NCBI GenBank assembly: GCA_976551045.1
Contig: CDPCPM010000247.1
Coordinates: 2,542,001 to 2,606,000 of the forward strand
DNA length: 64,000 bases
Source of the DNA: Glaucostegus cemiculus
Taxonomy: Eukaryota
Direction: 5' to 3'
Part shown: positions 11,926 through 24,744 of the stretch, piece by piece
Layout: the number at the start of each line of letters is the position of its first letter
Position numbering within the stretch: position 1 is the first letter of the stretch
The notes under the pieces: generated by a model
The model's input: only the letters and a program-made list of their open reading frames with translations
Database searches by the model: none
What the model was told of the DNA's origin: nothing
Translations under genes and position numbers: made by a program

Positions 11926-12360
11926 GATAGGTGGGTGGGTGAGTGGGGTAGGGGGGAATGAATGATTTTGGAAGCTGAGAGGTGATAGGTGGAAGAGGCA
12001 AAACCATTCCCCACCTCCTTCCCTTTATTCCATGATCTACTGTCCTCTCCAACCAGATTCCTCCTTCTTCAGCCCTTTGCCTCTTCTGCCTGTCACCTTA
12101 TCTCCTCTCAGCTTCCAAAACCATTCCCTTTCATTCCCCCCCCGCCACCCCTCTCACCTATCACCTGCCAGCTTGTGCTCCTCCCCCTCCCCCTACCTTT
12201 TTATTCTGGCTTCAGCCCTCTTCCTTTCCAGTGCTGATGAAGAGTCTCGACCCGACACATTGACTGTTCATTTCCCTCCATAGATGTTGCCTGATCTGCT
12301 GAGTTCCTTCAGCATTTTGTGTGTGTTGTCCCAGATTCCAGCATCTGCTGAATCTCGTGC
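11925..12360 (+). mobile_element. Penelope-like element (PLE) terminal repeat remnant with inverted segment and hammerhead motif
   Basis: Ends ctgatgaagagtctcgacccgacac..ctgctgagttccttcagcattttgtgtg..ccagcatctgc, the same terminus type as the GIY-YIG element at 52095; 11925-12005 is an inverted copy of ~12075-12150. Confidence 0.75.
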
Positions 12361-14321
12361 CGTGTGTGATCTCTTGGGTATCTTGAGCAGCAAGGTCAGG
12401 AAAGACACAATCCTCTGGCAAGGCAGACTGAATAGTCCTCCTGAAAATAAATGTTTGGAGCATGGTCTTGTCATAACAAATATCCTGCTTTTCCAGCAAA
12501 ACAGGCACATTTCTTTCTGGAAATACTCTCAATTCAGATATTAGCACCTGTTTCATTATACCATTATCTGAGCAAGCTTCACCACAGCAGATACTGGATG
12601 AAAATTCCCCACTGATTCATTTTATCACCATCATTCTGGCCCAAAAATAATGGTGGCAATAGAAATACTGCCATAAGAAATTCAGTGTTAAAGGTCTCAA
12701 AAAACTTGCAAATATAATTCTTCTCAGTCGGTGCCTCATAGATATCCAGATCTCTCCCAATCAACAGGAGCTGTAGAGTGTCCACAGCATCTGGAATGTG
12801 CTTAAGTACACTCTAATTAGAACCTGTGAAGAGATTCTTGGTCGTTCTATCAGAAAACACCAGGATTAAACAGGATAAACTACCATTAAACCATGAAAGC
12901 AACAGTGAATTACAAACTGCCTGATATAACAAATGTCAGATACTGCTAACTGAAATAATCTGGAAGCTCCACTATGTTCAACTCTAGTGTCAGTCTGGTC
13001 CATGCAAGAATCTGTAGCTGCAAGAAGTAGGAGATCTCAGTAATTACTTGTTTTGAAAATATTAGCTTCTAAACACAATGTCCTTCAAATGAGTGGAGAT
13101 AGGAATGCTGCTCCCAGAAGAACCTTGTGGGAAAAGAGCTTTTCTCTTTCTTCTCTCACATCCTACAGCAGGACATTTCCTCCTACTCCAATATACTACA
13201 AACCCAGCTGGACGACTGCTACAACTCCTGAATTTTAACAAATATACCAGCCTTTACTTTGCTTAAGGAAAATATATCTGTACCTTCAACAACTTCAAAA
13301 AATACAGTCCTACAAACTATGAGCTTTGCTCCACCTCAGTCCTAACGTGCCAGCAAGTCATTAAGTATCTTGTTAAATAGCTATTCAGGCTTCATTTCCA
13401 GTACATGGTGCACACTTTGATTGTTGATGGCATATCTGCAGACAAATTTGATAGATAACTACAACCATTGCACGACAATTGACATCACTACATATTCTGT
13501 GTACTTCAGACATAAACATGCACTGGGCATGGAATCATGCAATTCAACCTTGAAAATGGTTGAAAATTCCTGCAATTCAACCATGCAGTTCACAAGTTTG
13601 GTGAATTGCCATTGTTACACACAAGCAGGAAGCTATAGCACATAAAAGAATATATTCTGCAAATAAATTTCTAGTACCTTCAATTTATTAGGCAAACTGT
13701 ACTCTAATTTCAAAATACTTTTTCTATGGACAATCAAGTTGCAAAAAGTGAAGAAAATGAGTTGCATTATTCCATCTCCAGGTGACTGGATGACGAATAA
13801 TATTAGAATCCCCCCAGAAGGCTAGCTGATGTGGGTAATGATAGTAACACTACTATGCAGAATGGAGTGTCTGATGGAGAATACTTTGTCGAACAAAGGT
13901 TGAACAAATATTTCACTATATCTAGCCCTGCAACTGGGCACTGAGACCAATGCTTTCAAAGCTTTCAAATTAAAACCTGATTTGGATCCCCAACTCTTTA
14001 TTTCTATTTTAATGAGTTCTACTCCCACATTTGTGCTGGTTGAATTTGGACTAGAAATCAAATTCACAGAGCGTGGGAGGTGCATGTGGATGAATTTTTA
14101 TAAAGAGAGATTGTTGCTTGTCAAGATAAGAATGGGTTTTGGTATGCATAATAATACAGCACTGCTAGTTTGAGCAGCAAAAAGCTAAAAATCCTTGCAC
14201 TATGTTGAGGCTTTTGCTTTTCTGTAAGGGTTGCCATCATGTATTATGACCATCATTGGCTTACACTTCATTGTATTTAAAGCTAGAAATTACAGTGCCT
14301 ATTATCATTCAAAGATAAAAA

Positions 14322-14416
14322 AAAACACGATGATGCTGGAAGAACTCAGCAGGCCAGGCAGCATCCGTGGAGAAAAGCAGGTGGTCAAAGTTTTGGATCA
14401 AGAACTTTCTTCAGGT
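14322..14416 (-). mobile_element. PLE terminus fragment
   Basis: aaaaacacgatgatgctggaagaactcagcaggccaggcagcatccgtgg, nearly identical to 52135-52185. Confidence 0.8.
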
Positions 14417-14929
14417 CGCTTCCTTTGTTCACTCCTAGGAACATGAAATTCTCAACCCTCTTGACTTCAGCACTGTTGATGTAGACAGGAGCATGTGCAC
14501 CATCCCCCTTCCTAAAGTCAATGATCAACTCTTTTATTTTGCTGCCATTGAGGGAAAGGTTGTTGTCATGACACCATGTCACTCGGCTTGCTACCTCCTT
14601 CCTGTACACCAACTCATCATTATTTGATATATGGCCCATGATGGCGGCATCATCTGCAGACTTGAGTTGGAGTTAGAGCAGAATCTGGCTACACAGTCAT
14701 GAGTGTACAGGGACCAGAGTAGGGAGTTAAGGATCCAGCCATGTGGGGCACCAGTGTTCAGGATAATCATGGTGGAAGTGCTGCTGCCTATCCTTACTGA
14801 TTGTGGTCTGTTGGTCAGAAGTCAAGGATCCAGTTGCAAAGGGAGGTTTTGAGCCCCAGGTCTAGGAGTTTGGAGATGAGTCTGCTTGGAAATATCATAT
14901 TGAAGGCAGGGCTGTTGTCAATAAACAAT

Positions 14930-15418
14930 TGTATTGTGGAGGGTCATGGCTGTCACGTGACAGCACTGCCTATTACCTGCTCGAAAAACACACCACTGCC
15001 AACCAAGGTTTGGCTCCACCCCACCCATCAGCACACACCTGACCATTGGTCCCTTTAAGCTCCTTTGTACTTGGCCTTGGGCCATTGACCTTTGTGATCA
15101 ATTAGTCCTTACTGGCACCAGGCCATTAGCCTTTGTAAATTACCTGGGCTGGATACCCACCCCCCCAAGCCCTCCAGCACAATAGAGTGCCACATGTGCT
15201 TGGCCCTCCTTCTTTTGCCTACCCCAAGGGATCATCCTGCTTCATTCCTGGCCGAGGACCATGAACAGCGCTGAAGGAATCTTTGGTGAGGTCCGAACAG
15301 TTAAAAGGGTTGGGAGCATTTTAGTTAGTGTCTCTGGTAGCATAGAACCTTGCCTGCAAACGAGTCGAGAGGTGACGAGTATCGTATTGTTTTTCCTTGA
15401 TTGTCTGTACGTGATTCG

Positions 15419-15483
<65 letters not shown>

Positions 15484-15617
15484 ACCATGCTCTCTATTAA
15501 CTCTGCACATTATCCCCATTACCATTTTCCCACATTCATCTTTTGTAAATAAATCATTCCTCTCCAGATCATGTTCAGAGTCCTTGCCTTCCAAGACCTC
15601 GAATCTGTTTCACAACA
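14930..15617 (+). mobile_element. Solo LTR (688 bp, TG...CA) with 5-bp TSD ACAAT
   Basis: ACAAT|TGTATTGTGGA...TTTCACAACA|ACAAT; AATAAA at 15548-15553; cleanly interrupts the Rex1 copy. Confidence 0.82.
15422..15480 (+). repeat. (TG)29 microsatellite
   Basis: Perfect dinucleotide run read directly. Confidence 0.98.
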
Positions 15618-16807
15618 ACAATAGTCTAATGTAGGTGTCTTTACTGTCCAGATGCTTCAGAGATGAGTGTAGCGCTAGGGAGATGGTGCCTGTTTCAGTG
15701 GTAGGCAAATTGCAATGGGTCAAGGTTGTCTAGGATGCTGGAATTAATGCACGCCATGACCAGCCCCTTGAAGCACTCCATGATGGTGGATGTCAGAGCC
15801 ACCAGGCAGTAGTCCTTAAGGCAGAGAATTTTCCAAATTATAAGAAATGACTTAAAAATGGTTGTTACCATGTTTCACCTCAGAAAAAAAATACAGTCCA
15901 TAGATAACCCCTTGGGCCTTGTCATGGCAGAGGAGGATTGGGCATATTTTCAGACATAAAAATATGCAACACCGATCTTGGTTACAACACGAGTTGGCCT
16001 ATTTTATCTGTGCTATACAAATCCCAATATATGTACTAGAATTTCTAAGTCATTGTTTTTATGCTGAGCTGTATTCTGCACCCAATTACTCTTAACTGCA
16101 ACAAGGTGTCCTTTGATGGAAACCTTGGTTACTTGGAATTGCCCTGGGCTCATAATTCTCTCAAATCAAAATTGGACGAGAAGGAAGCCACTCCTTATTT
16201 AGTTACTCTTTTGATTAAGGTAACTTCTGCACAAAATTGCTGGTTCATAGAAATAGAGCAAAAGTCATTAGGTTCAACTTTGATTTCAACAGAATTGTAT
16301 CCTACAGCACTGAGCACAGCAACAACTTTTCACAAAATTGATATAATTTTTATTTTCAGGTTGAGTAAAAAATACAAGAAACCCCTCTGACTTCAACACT
16401 TTTAGCATACGCCATATATCCTAACAAAAATGAATGACAATAAAGAAATAGATTGTTCACAAATTCAGAGTCATGAAGGAATCTGAAATGAACAGGCAAA
16501 TGTTGATAGCTGTGCTTATCTGATTACATTCAGAAGAAAAACATTGCTGCTCAGATATTGTTATTATCTACCCCAAAGTTAAATATTTGTCTAAGCTATT
16601 TAAGATGTCTACAAGATTTAACTTGAAGTGTCAGATGTTTCATGGCATTTAATGAAACCACAGAGACATCCATTAATATTGGTAACTAATTTTTCAAAAC
16701 TACATGATACAAATTTACACACTGCTACAGTTTTGTGGCTAGTTTGAAAACATCAAAAAGGATAAAACAACCCAAATAATTTGCTGTAAAGGTATAAATA
16801 CCTATTT

Positions 16808-18012
16808 AAGAAGTAACCAAGAGGATTAACAAGGGCAGGGTGGTGGAAGTTGTCTACATGGACTTTAGGAAGGCCTTTGACGAGATCCTGCATGGTAGGC
16901 TGGACTAGAGTGTTAGATTAAAATAGGATCCATGGAGAGATAGCCACTAGCATACAAAAAATGGCTTGGTGAAAGGAGACAGAAGGTAGTAGTGGAGGGT
17001 TTTTTTTTTCCAGCTTGGAAGCCTCTGGCCAATGGTGTGCCAAAGGGACCTATCCTGAGTCCCCTCTTATTTGTCGTCTATATTAACGAGTTGGATAAGA
17101 ATGTAGGTGGCACAATTAGTAAATTTGCAGATGACACGAAAAGTATTAGTATGGTTGACAGTGAAGAAGGTTACCTAAGATTACAAAAGGATCTGAATCA
17201 ACTGGGAAAGTGAGCCAGAAAATGGCAGATGGAATTTAACTTGGACAAGTGCAAAGGTGCAATATGTTGGATTTTGGAAAGTTAAACCAGGGTAGGACTC
17301 ATATAGTAAATGGCAGGGACTTGGAGTATGTTGTAGAACAGAGTGACCTACATAGTTCCCAGATAATGACAAGACAGAATGGTGAAGAACGTGTCTAGCA
17401 TGCTTGCCTTCATTGGTCAGTGCATCGAGTACAACATTTGGGATGTCACATTACAGATGTACAAGACATCGGTTACACCACCCTTGGAGTATTGTGTGCA
17501 GTTCTGGTCACCTAGCTACATGAAGGGTGCCATAAAGCTGGAGAGGGTGCAGAAGAGATTTACAAGCATGGATGGCTTGAGATATAAGGAAAGACTAGAT
17601 AGACTGGGACTGTTCTCCCTGGAGCGAAGGAGGCTGAGGGGTGACGTTAGTGAGATATTTAAAATTATGAGGGGCATAGACAAGGTGAATGAATGGTCAC
17701 AGTCTTTTTCCAAGGATAGCAGAGTCTAAAACAAGAGGACATAGGTTTAAGGTGAGAGGGGAAAAATTTAGAGGAGGACTTGAGGGGCAAGTTTAGCAAT
17801 CAGTGTGTGGTGGGTATGTGGAACGAGCTGCTAGAGGAAGTGGATACGATTACAATGTTTAAAAGGAATTTAGACAGGTACAGGGATAGGAAACATTTAG
17901 AGGGATATGGGACAAATGCAGGCAAATGGAACTAGCTCAGGAAGACTGCTTGGTCAGCATGAACAAATCGGGCCAAAGGCCTGTTTCCACGCTGTTATAT
18001 TCGATGACTCTC
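16808..18012 (+). mobile_element. CR1 LINE 3' fragment
   Basis: GVPKGPILSP, KFADDTK, LEYCVQFWSP and LGLFSLERRRLRGD; CR1 3' UTR gggccaaaggcctgtttcc. Confidence 0.88.
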
Positions 18013-21000
18013 TGAACTTCCTGGAAGCTGGCTCAATATGGCATATTATTATTGTTATGTTTTATATTCACCTTCTTGAACACCATCTAACTACATTTGG
18101 TAAGCTGAAGAAGGGCATTCAAATATTTTACTTCATAAAATTCCAAAAACACAACTTGTTAAATGCAGTATGTATGTATATTCATCACTACTTATACTTT
18201 GTATAAAACAATGGTTTAATCAAATTTATAATGAATTTTATGTCAACCTACATGTAGGTATATTTATTGCTATTTTTAAAATTATGAAAGCCAGAAACCC
18301 TTAATCTGTCTGCTTCAATATATAAAAAGAGATCAAAATAATTTTGATATACAGGTGTTTCACATCAGAATTTAGTAGAGTAGGTCAAAATGCAGAAAAC
18401 AGAAAGATTTAATTTATAATTTTCTTTAAAAACGTCACAAGGGTTTGGAGCAAGATATGATGAGCTCAGAAATTGATTAACAACTATATATAGAAATATG
18501 TCCCTTATAATTTTTGATCCAATCTCATAATATTACCTCAATGAGTATTAATTTAATGTTAAATGTTAATATTTAATGTTATCTCAGGTAGTTAGGATAG
18601 GGGAAAATGTACCTACAATGACCAACCCAATAAGCTTGCAGAATAATTGTGGGAAATTTATATGCAATCAAGACTTTTATGTTTCAGAGAGAGGAAATGA
18701 GTGTTTAGCCATCCATGAAATTCCATTCATTGATCTCCTTCCATGATAAATGACATTTGTTAACAACGATTGTATATCATGTATTTTCTGAAGAATGACA
18801 GAAAGCTGTTCTGAGAAACAAGCTTGTTGAATGCAGAGACTCTGTTGAGGCTCATGTAGTACTGAGACAATAATATTAGACTGTGTTGCTTATTGTTACT
18901 AACCAAATTACCCTGAGCAGTGTGATAAATGACTTGGAAATACTGCAAACCAGTACGTCAGACAAGATTCTTTGCATACTGGAGGGGAAACAATTAGAGC
19001 ATTTTAAACAGAACTACAAATGTAGTTTCCTTACACTGTGATGGGAACATTTGATCCTTGCTCAAAATTAAGTTTCATTTCTCTTTATCCTGGTTCAAAC
19101 TGCAAAGGCATTAAGAGCTGATGAACTGGCAAAAAATACAGCTGCAAAAACAGCCCCAGGAAGTTGGAAATGCTATTCTTTTGATTTTCAGCATGTTAAT
19201 AAAAAGTCAACAGAAATTCAAAGTATCACGTTCATAATATGGTGTTCATAATATGGTGTTCAAGGCATAATTTCCAACCTGCGTATGATGGAAAACTTGG
19301 GGGTGCAGGAAACTGTGAGAAAGACAGACTAAGCAGACATGGCATAAACATACTTTGAGACTGTAATATTCATGTTAGTCACATAAGTTTCCTTGTCATG
19401 TATATTTTTATCTCTTATGCTATGTATTGTTGACATCAGGAGGCCACTGTTGAAAATTTCCTCAGGACTTCACCAGCAAAAGCAGTGGAGTAGGAGAAGA
19501 TGAGGAAATTCTTGGTTAGGAAAGATATTTCTAAAAATTCTGACGGTACACTAATAACTATATTAAATGGCTACTTAATTATAATGTGATTAAAGAAGTT
19601 TTCTTTAAGACATGTCCATAGTCATTGTTTTGTTCGGCTCACAAAGTAGCAATTCAGAGTTGCTTGAAATTTATTGTAGATCTATCCTTGTAGCCATTGG
19701 AACAACAAGAACAAAATACATTTTCTACAGTCTTTGAAGAAATCAATGTTGTGAATTTCCTTATAATGTTATTGCCCCCACTGCTTATCACTCTGATGAT
19801 ATGATAACTTTGTGCACCATGAGAAATCAAGTTTTTAATCACACTTCCAGTTGAAGTTTGGGAGCAATTGTAAGGGAATTCCAGGCTTATGACATTAATC
19901 ATATCACACTGATAATTATATCACACTGGTGAGAACTGACATAAATGCTTAACTTCTTATGTCCAACGTTATCCTAGTCAAAAGAAGTTAATCATTTATG
20001 TCAATTCTAATCGGTGATTTACAAGGCAACTCCAAAGTAAACTCAGTGGTACATCTAAACCAGGAAATGTGGATTAAAATTATGCAAGAAGACTAAGTTC
20101 AGCACACTTTTCAATGATATTTTAACACTCCAGCTTCCAGAATTTTACTGATGGGTTTAAACAAGGACTTCACAGCAGTGGGATTGAAGCAATCTCAACT
20201 TCAGCACTTAAAAGTTCAATCTGAAAATTAAAATGTATTTGGAGTTGGAAAAAGGAGAAAACAAGGTGGACAATGGATTTCGAAGGTGTATAAGGTGTAT
20301 ACTTCAAACATGCCTCCACTGAGTTACTATGGGGGTTTATAAAGAATAGATCAGATATATTTTTTCCACAACAGTGAAGAGAGAAGCCTAGTGCTTTCAC
20401 AAATATGGCATGCCTGGAGTTGCCTTGTGTGGTTTGCAACAGAAGCGTATTGGGTGTAATGCATGAAAGCTTTCCTTTCCCTTACATCATGTTATGTAAA
20501 TCATCCTAACCTCAAGTTTATTTTATCATATTGTATAGCATATTCACTTATCTTGGAAGCACACCTATCTTTTAGCTTCAATGTACTTCTTCAAAATCTA
20601 CATTTATCCTTCAACCAAAGCTAATTACCTTCAGCAATTTCATGCTTTTATTTGATGGCTATCCCCACCAAATGTTAAGTAAACAGATGCCATTACTGGG
20701 TGTCATATATTTAGAGGTCTATCCATTTGCAGCAGTGCAGCATAGAACATTAGGAGGGGGAAAACGTAGCCAAATCCATGGTACCAAATGAGACAATGAA
20801 ATGAGTCCATGCAGATACCTTAGCCTTATCTGCACAGTGCTGTACTAATCTGAGTCCTGAACAAATTAATAGCTGACCCATAGTTGGATGATGGCAAAAG
20901 GGTGGCTTTATTCAAAGCACTTCCTCCATAACCACATTGCTTCCTCCTCTATCTCAAATCAGTACCCAATTTATAACTTGAAGACAGAGTCTACCCTTCA

Positions 21001-22496
21001 CTGAGCAGTCAATGTTGGCATTCCTGTGAAGTCTAAAAGGCAGATATGATTGTTAAAGAAACTGTGCAATTAGAGGAGGCAGCTGAGCTCTATGCCTGCT
21101 GAATCTACAGAGGCTTCATCACATTGGAGGAAGAAGAAAAGGAAAAGTTATGCTTTGCAGTTCCATAGGAGTATACATGCAAACATATGAGCAAATGTTA
21201 TATGAAGTTGCTTTTCTTTGGTAGGATCATGCAAACTGTAATTTTTTTTGCATTACGTTGTCTGCTTGCTCATTATTGCTTGCTGGATAACAAGATCTTA
21301 TGATAAGTCAGAAGAGTTAAAATGACAGAAAGGACACTAACACTTTGTGTTAGTGGTTTGTGGTGGCACATGGATAATTGTGAGAACAGTGCCTATTATA
21401 AAGGGATTTGACAATGGTCCACTGATGTAACTCCACTGAAGCTTTCCCAGAGAGCAGCCTGTCCTGCAAAACCTTCATTGCCCTATAATTCCTTATCTTT
21501 TTCCATCACCAAATTATCTGTAGATTTTCTGCTGTGTTCACCTTGGTTATCTTGTAACTCCAAACTTCACAGTTGTGGAAAAATTTGTACAGAGTACAGG
21601 ATACCTTGGTCATTCTGGAAACCATGGATGGGGTTACTGATGGAAGTCCTTCAGATAAGTCTAGACAACAAACAGAATATTCAGCATGCAACCAGTTTGT
21701 TCAATTGTACAACTGGTCATCATACGACACTTACAGAAGCACAGTCAGACTTTATAAAGTGGGATTCTGGTGGATTTCAATAGATGTTTGAAGTTGTTAT
21801 CTTGTCTCATTGTAGCTAACCCTTAAACATGCTTGGAGATTCAATGCAGTCAGGATGTTTAGAAAGAACTATGGCAGTTCAGTAGGAATCTCACATATTT
21901 TCAGAACTCTCTCTTTGTGGTTACACTCTAAGCAAAGTGAAAGTTCCTGTACTTTGTTAGCAATGCAAGTAGTGTGTACGTGAAACATCTCATTTCCAAG
22001 TTAGTGATACCTATCAACAAAGCTAGCCAGAGCCACAAATCTACAATCACAAGAACAGCCATTGGTAATGGGCATTCACCAGTCATCAAGGCTGCAGATG
22101 TCTGCCACCAACTGAAATAACAACTTGATCTTCCTGAAGCACTGTCATTCAGATATATCATGGAAATTCAGCCTTTGCCTGTAAACCCTGTGCCAGACTT
22201 GGTGCCCCCATGAACTTCATCACTTGTGAAAAAAATCTTTCCCATTTGGCTGAGAGTACCAAATTAAGTATTACAGTATTTCCATCAGTTTTAACAGTAA
22301 TTAAAATGATTGCATTATGTTCTTGCTTTGTTTCCCAGGTTGAGACAAGCACCTCCACCATATATCTTTCTTGTCCACTACCCCTCAGGGAGATAGAACG
22401 ATATCCCCTTTTTATAAACAGGGTGGTCTTGATTTGTAAACTCCAGACAATCACAGCAAAATTCCATAATCTCACACCCTTGCGACTTTAGATGCT

Positions 22497-23575
22497 GACT
22501 ACATGGACTTTAGCAAGGCCTTTGACAAGGTATTAAATGGTAAGCTGGTCAGGAAAGTTGGATTTCTTGGGATCCAGGGTGAGCTGGCCAAGTGGATACA
22601 AAATTGGCTTGATGATAGGAGACAGTGTAGCAGAGGGTTGTTTTTCAGACTGGAGGCCTGTGAACAGCAATGTGCCGCAGAGATCAGTGCTGGGTGCATT
22701 GTTGTTCATCATTTATATTAACAATTTGGATGAGAATGTAGGTGGCAAGGTTAGTGAGCATGCAGATGACACTAAAATTGGAGATATAGTGAACAGTGTG
22801 GAAGGTTATCTAAGATTACAACAGGATCTTGATCAACTCGGCCAATGGGCTAAGGAATGGCGGATGGAGTTTAATTCAGATAAATGTGAGGTATTGTATT
22901 TTGGTAAGACAAATCAGGCACGAATTGTACAGTAAATCGAAGGGCTCTGGGGAGTGTTGTTGAACAGAGGGACCTAGAAGTGCATGTAGATAGTTCCTTG
23001 AAAGTGGTGACACAGGTAGACAGGGCACACTTGCCTTCATCAGTCAGGGTACTGAGTACAGGAGTTGAGGTGTCATGCTATAGCTGTACAAGATGTTGGT
23101 AAGGCCATATTTGGAATACTGCATATAGTTCTGTTCACCCTGTGATAGGAACAATGTCATGGAAAGGGTACAGAAAAGATGTTACCAGGATTAGAGGGTT
23201 TGAGTTATATGGAAAGGCTAGGACTTTCTTCCCTGTAGTGTAAGAGCCTGAGCAGTTGCCTTTTAGGGCCTTTTAAAATCATGAGGGACATAGATAAGGT
23301 AACTAACCATAGTCTTTTCCCCAGGGTAGTGGAGTCCAAAACTAAAATAGGTTTAAAGTGAAGGGGGAAAGATTTAAAAGGGACCTGAGGGGTTAATTTT
23401 TCATATAGAGGGTAGTGCATATACAGAACGAGCTCCCAGAGGAAGTGATAGAGATGGGCACAATTAGGGCATTTGAAAGACATTTGGATAGGTACATGAT
23501 AGAAAAGGTTTAGAGGGATATGGGTCAAGTGCTGGCAAATGGGATTTGCTCAGTTAGACAACTTGTTGGCATATA
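22497..23575 (+). mobile_element. CR1 LINE 3' fragment
   Basis: MDFSKAFDKV, NVPQRSVLG, HADDTKIG and WRMEFNSDKC. Confidence 0.88.
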
Positions 23576-23599
23576 TAACTCCCATGTAGGAATCACCCC

Positions 23600-24420
23600 T
23601 GTGATTCCAACATGGGACTCATCTTTACCAACCTGGTAAAGCTGGAGCTCCTTAAGGGGGTGGAGAGATGGGTTACTTGAGGGCTGTTTGTTTGGCTTGT
23701 ACATGTACTAGAATGGACTCAAGGTACTTGGAGCTTTCCTGGATGTTCCTCCATTTTTTGAGGTTGTGGACTTGTGATTCTGAAGAATCAATGAAGATGT
23801 TATAGATCTTTTACTACAGGACTGGGAACATCATTGAACAGCTTTCTCTGGATTTCTGTAAAGCTTAAAATTGGGTTTGAGAGGCTGGTGTCAGGCATGT
23901 AGGTGATGTTGCTTGCCCCTCAGAGCCACTCAGCATAATTAGAGACAATACATTTGAAGGATTTTGCAGGATCTGGATTAGTGGCACCTCTCCAATGCTT
24001 TGAGGTGCCTGCTCTATACTGTCCATGAAACATACAGGATTATGCTCACCAGTAGACCATGAGTTTTGTACCATGTGTGAGATCCTTTTCAGAACACTTT
24101 TTCCCTCAGATGGCCAAAATCTATGCTGGTGCTCTAGAGGCAATGGTGAATTTTGTCATTTGTCTTTCACTGGAGAGATGGCACTCCATGTATGGAAAGC
24201 AATCCACATTTTTCAGGGTCTCATCATGGATTCTTATCATCATGTGATGGTGTTTTGCCTCAGGGACAGGTTGTTGGAGGATCTTTGTTCTGTGAACAAT
24301 TAGTATAAATTCATACAAGGGCCATCCTCTTATGTTTTAATGAATAAATGGATAACAACTTGGAGCTCAGCCTCAACGCCTTAATACATGCTAAAAGTCA
24401 TCTGCATGCTGCAGTTCAAT
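23600..24420 (-). mobile_element. RTE/BovB LINE 3' fragment
   Basis: IRIHDETLKNVDCFPYMECHLS (RTE V..F.YLGS motif) and LIQILQ; resembles 5630-6354. Confidence 0.65.
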
Positions 24421-24744
24421 GAATGAGATTGGAGTGGCCTTGGGTTTGGACAAGAGGAGGTTAACACTGAACAGTCTCCTATTTGTCCTGTAGATTAGGA
24501 AAGCTTAATGCAGGAGAGATATAGTATTATGATTAGGATGACTGAAAATCCTGTGCCCAGAATTTGATATTGAAGTTCATCTAACCAGGGAGAATGGTAG
24601 GCATAACTCTGGCCTCATACCATTTTTGGTCTTTTAATAGACATTCTCCTCTTTTATTTTCTTCTGTTCCCTTCCAGAATTATTTTTACAGAGTCTCCGA
24701 TACATTACATGACCCATTCTCTAGAAAATTCGAAGTAGAGAAGA

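Larger units (their letters stand above)
14417..15805 (-). mobile_element. Rex1/Babar LINE RT fragment split by a solo LTR
   Basis: WCHDNNLSLNGSKIKELIIDFRK (ORF 14385-14639) and IILNTGAPHG; the sequence is collinear with 30330-31030 once 14930-15622 is removed. Confidence 0.85.

Noticed and set aside
15261-15634. ORFs with CVCVCV or HTHTHT runs
   Set aside because: Translations of the (TG)n microsatellite.
16061-16390. Plus-strand ORF containing GYLELPW, resembling exon 8a GYELPW
   Set aside because: Wrong strand and position, and the similarity does not extend; chance match.
19230-19262. 14-bp tandem duplication gttcataatatggt
   Set aside because: Ordinary slippage duplication.
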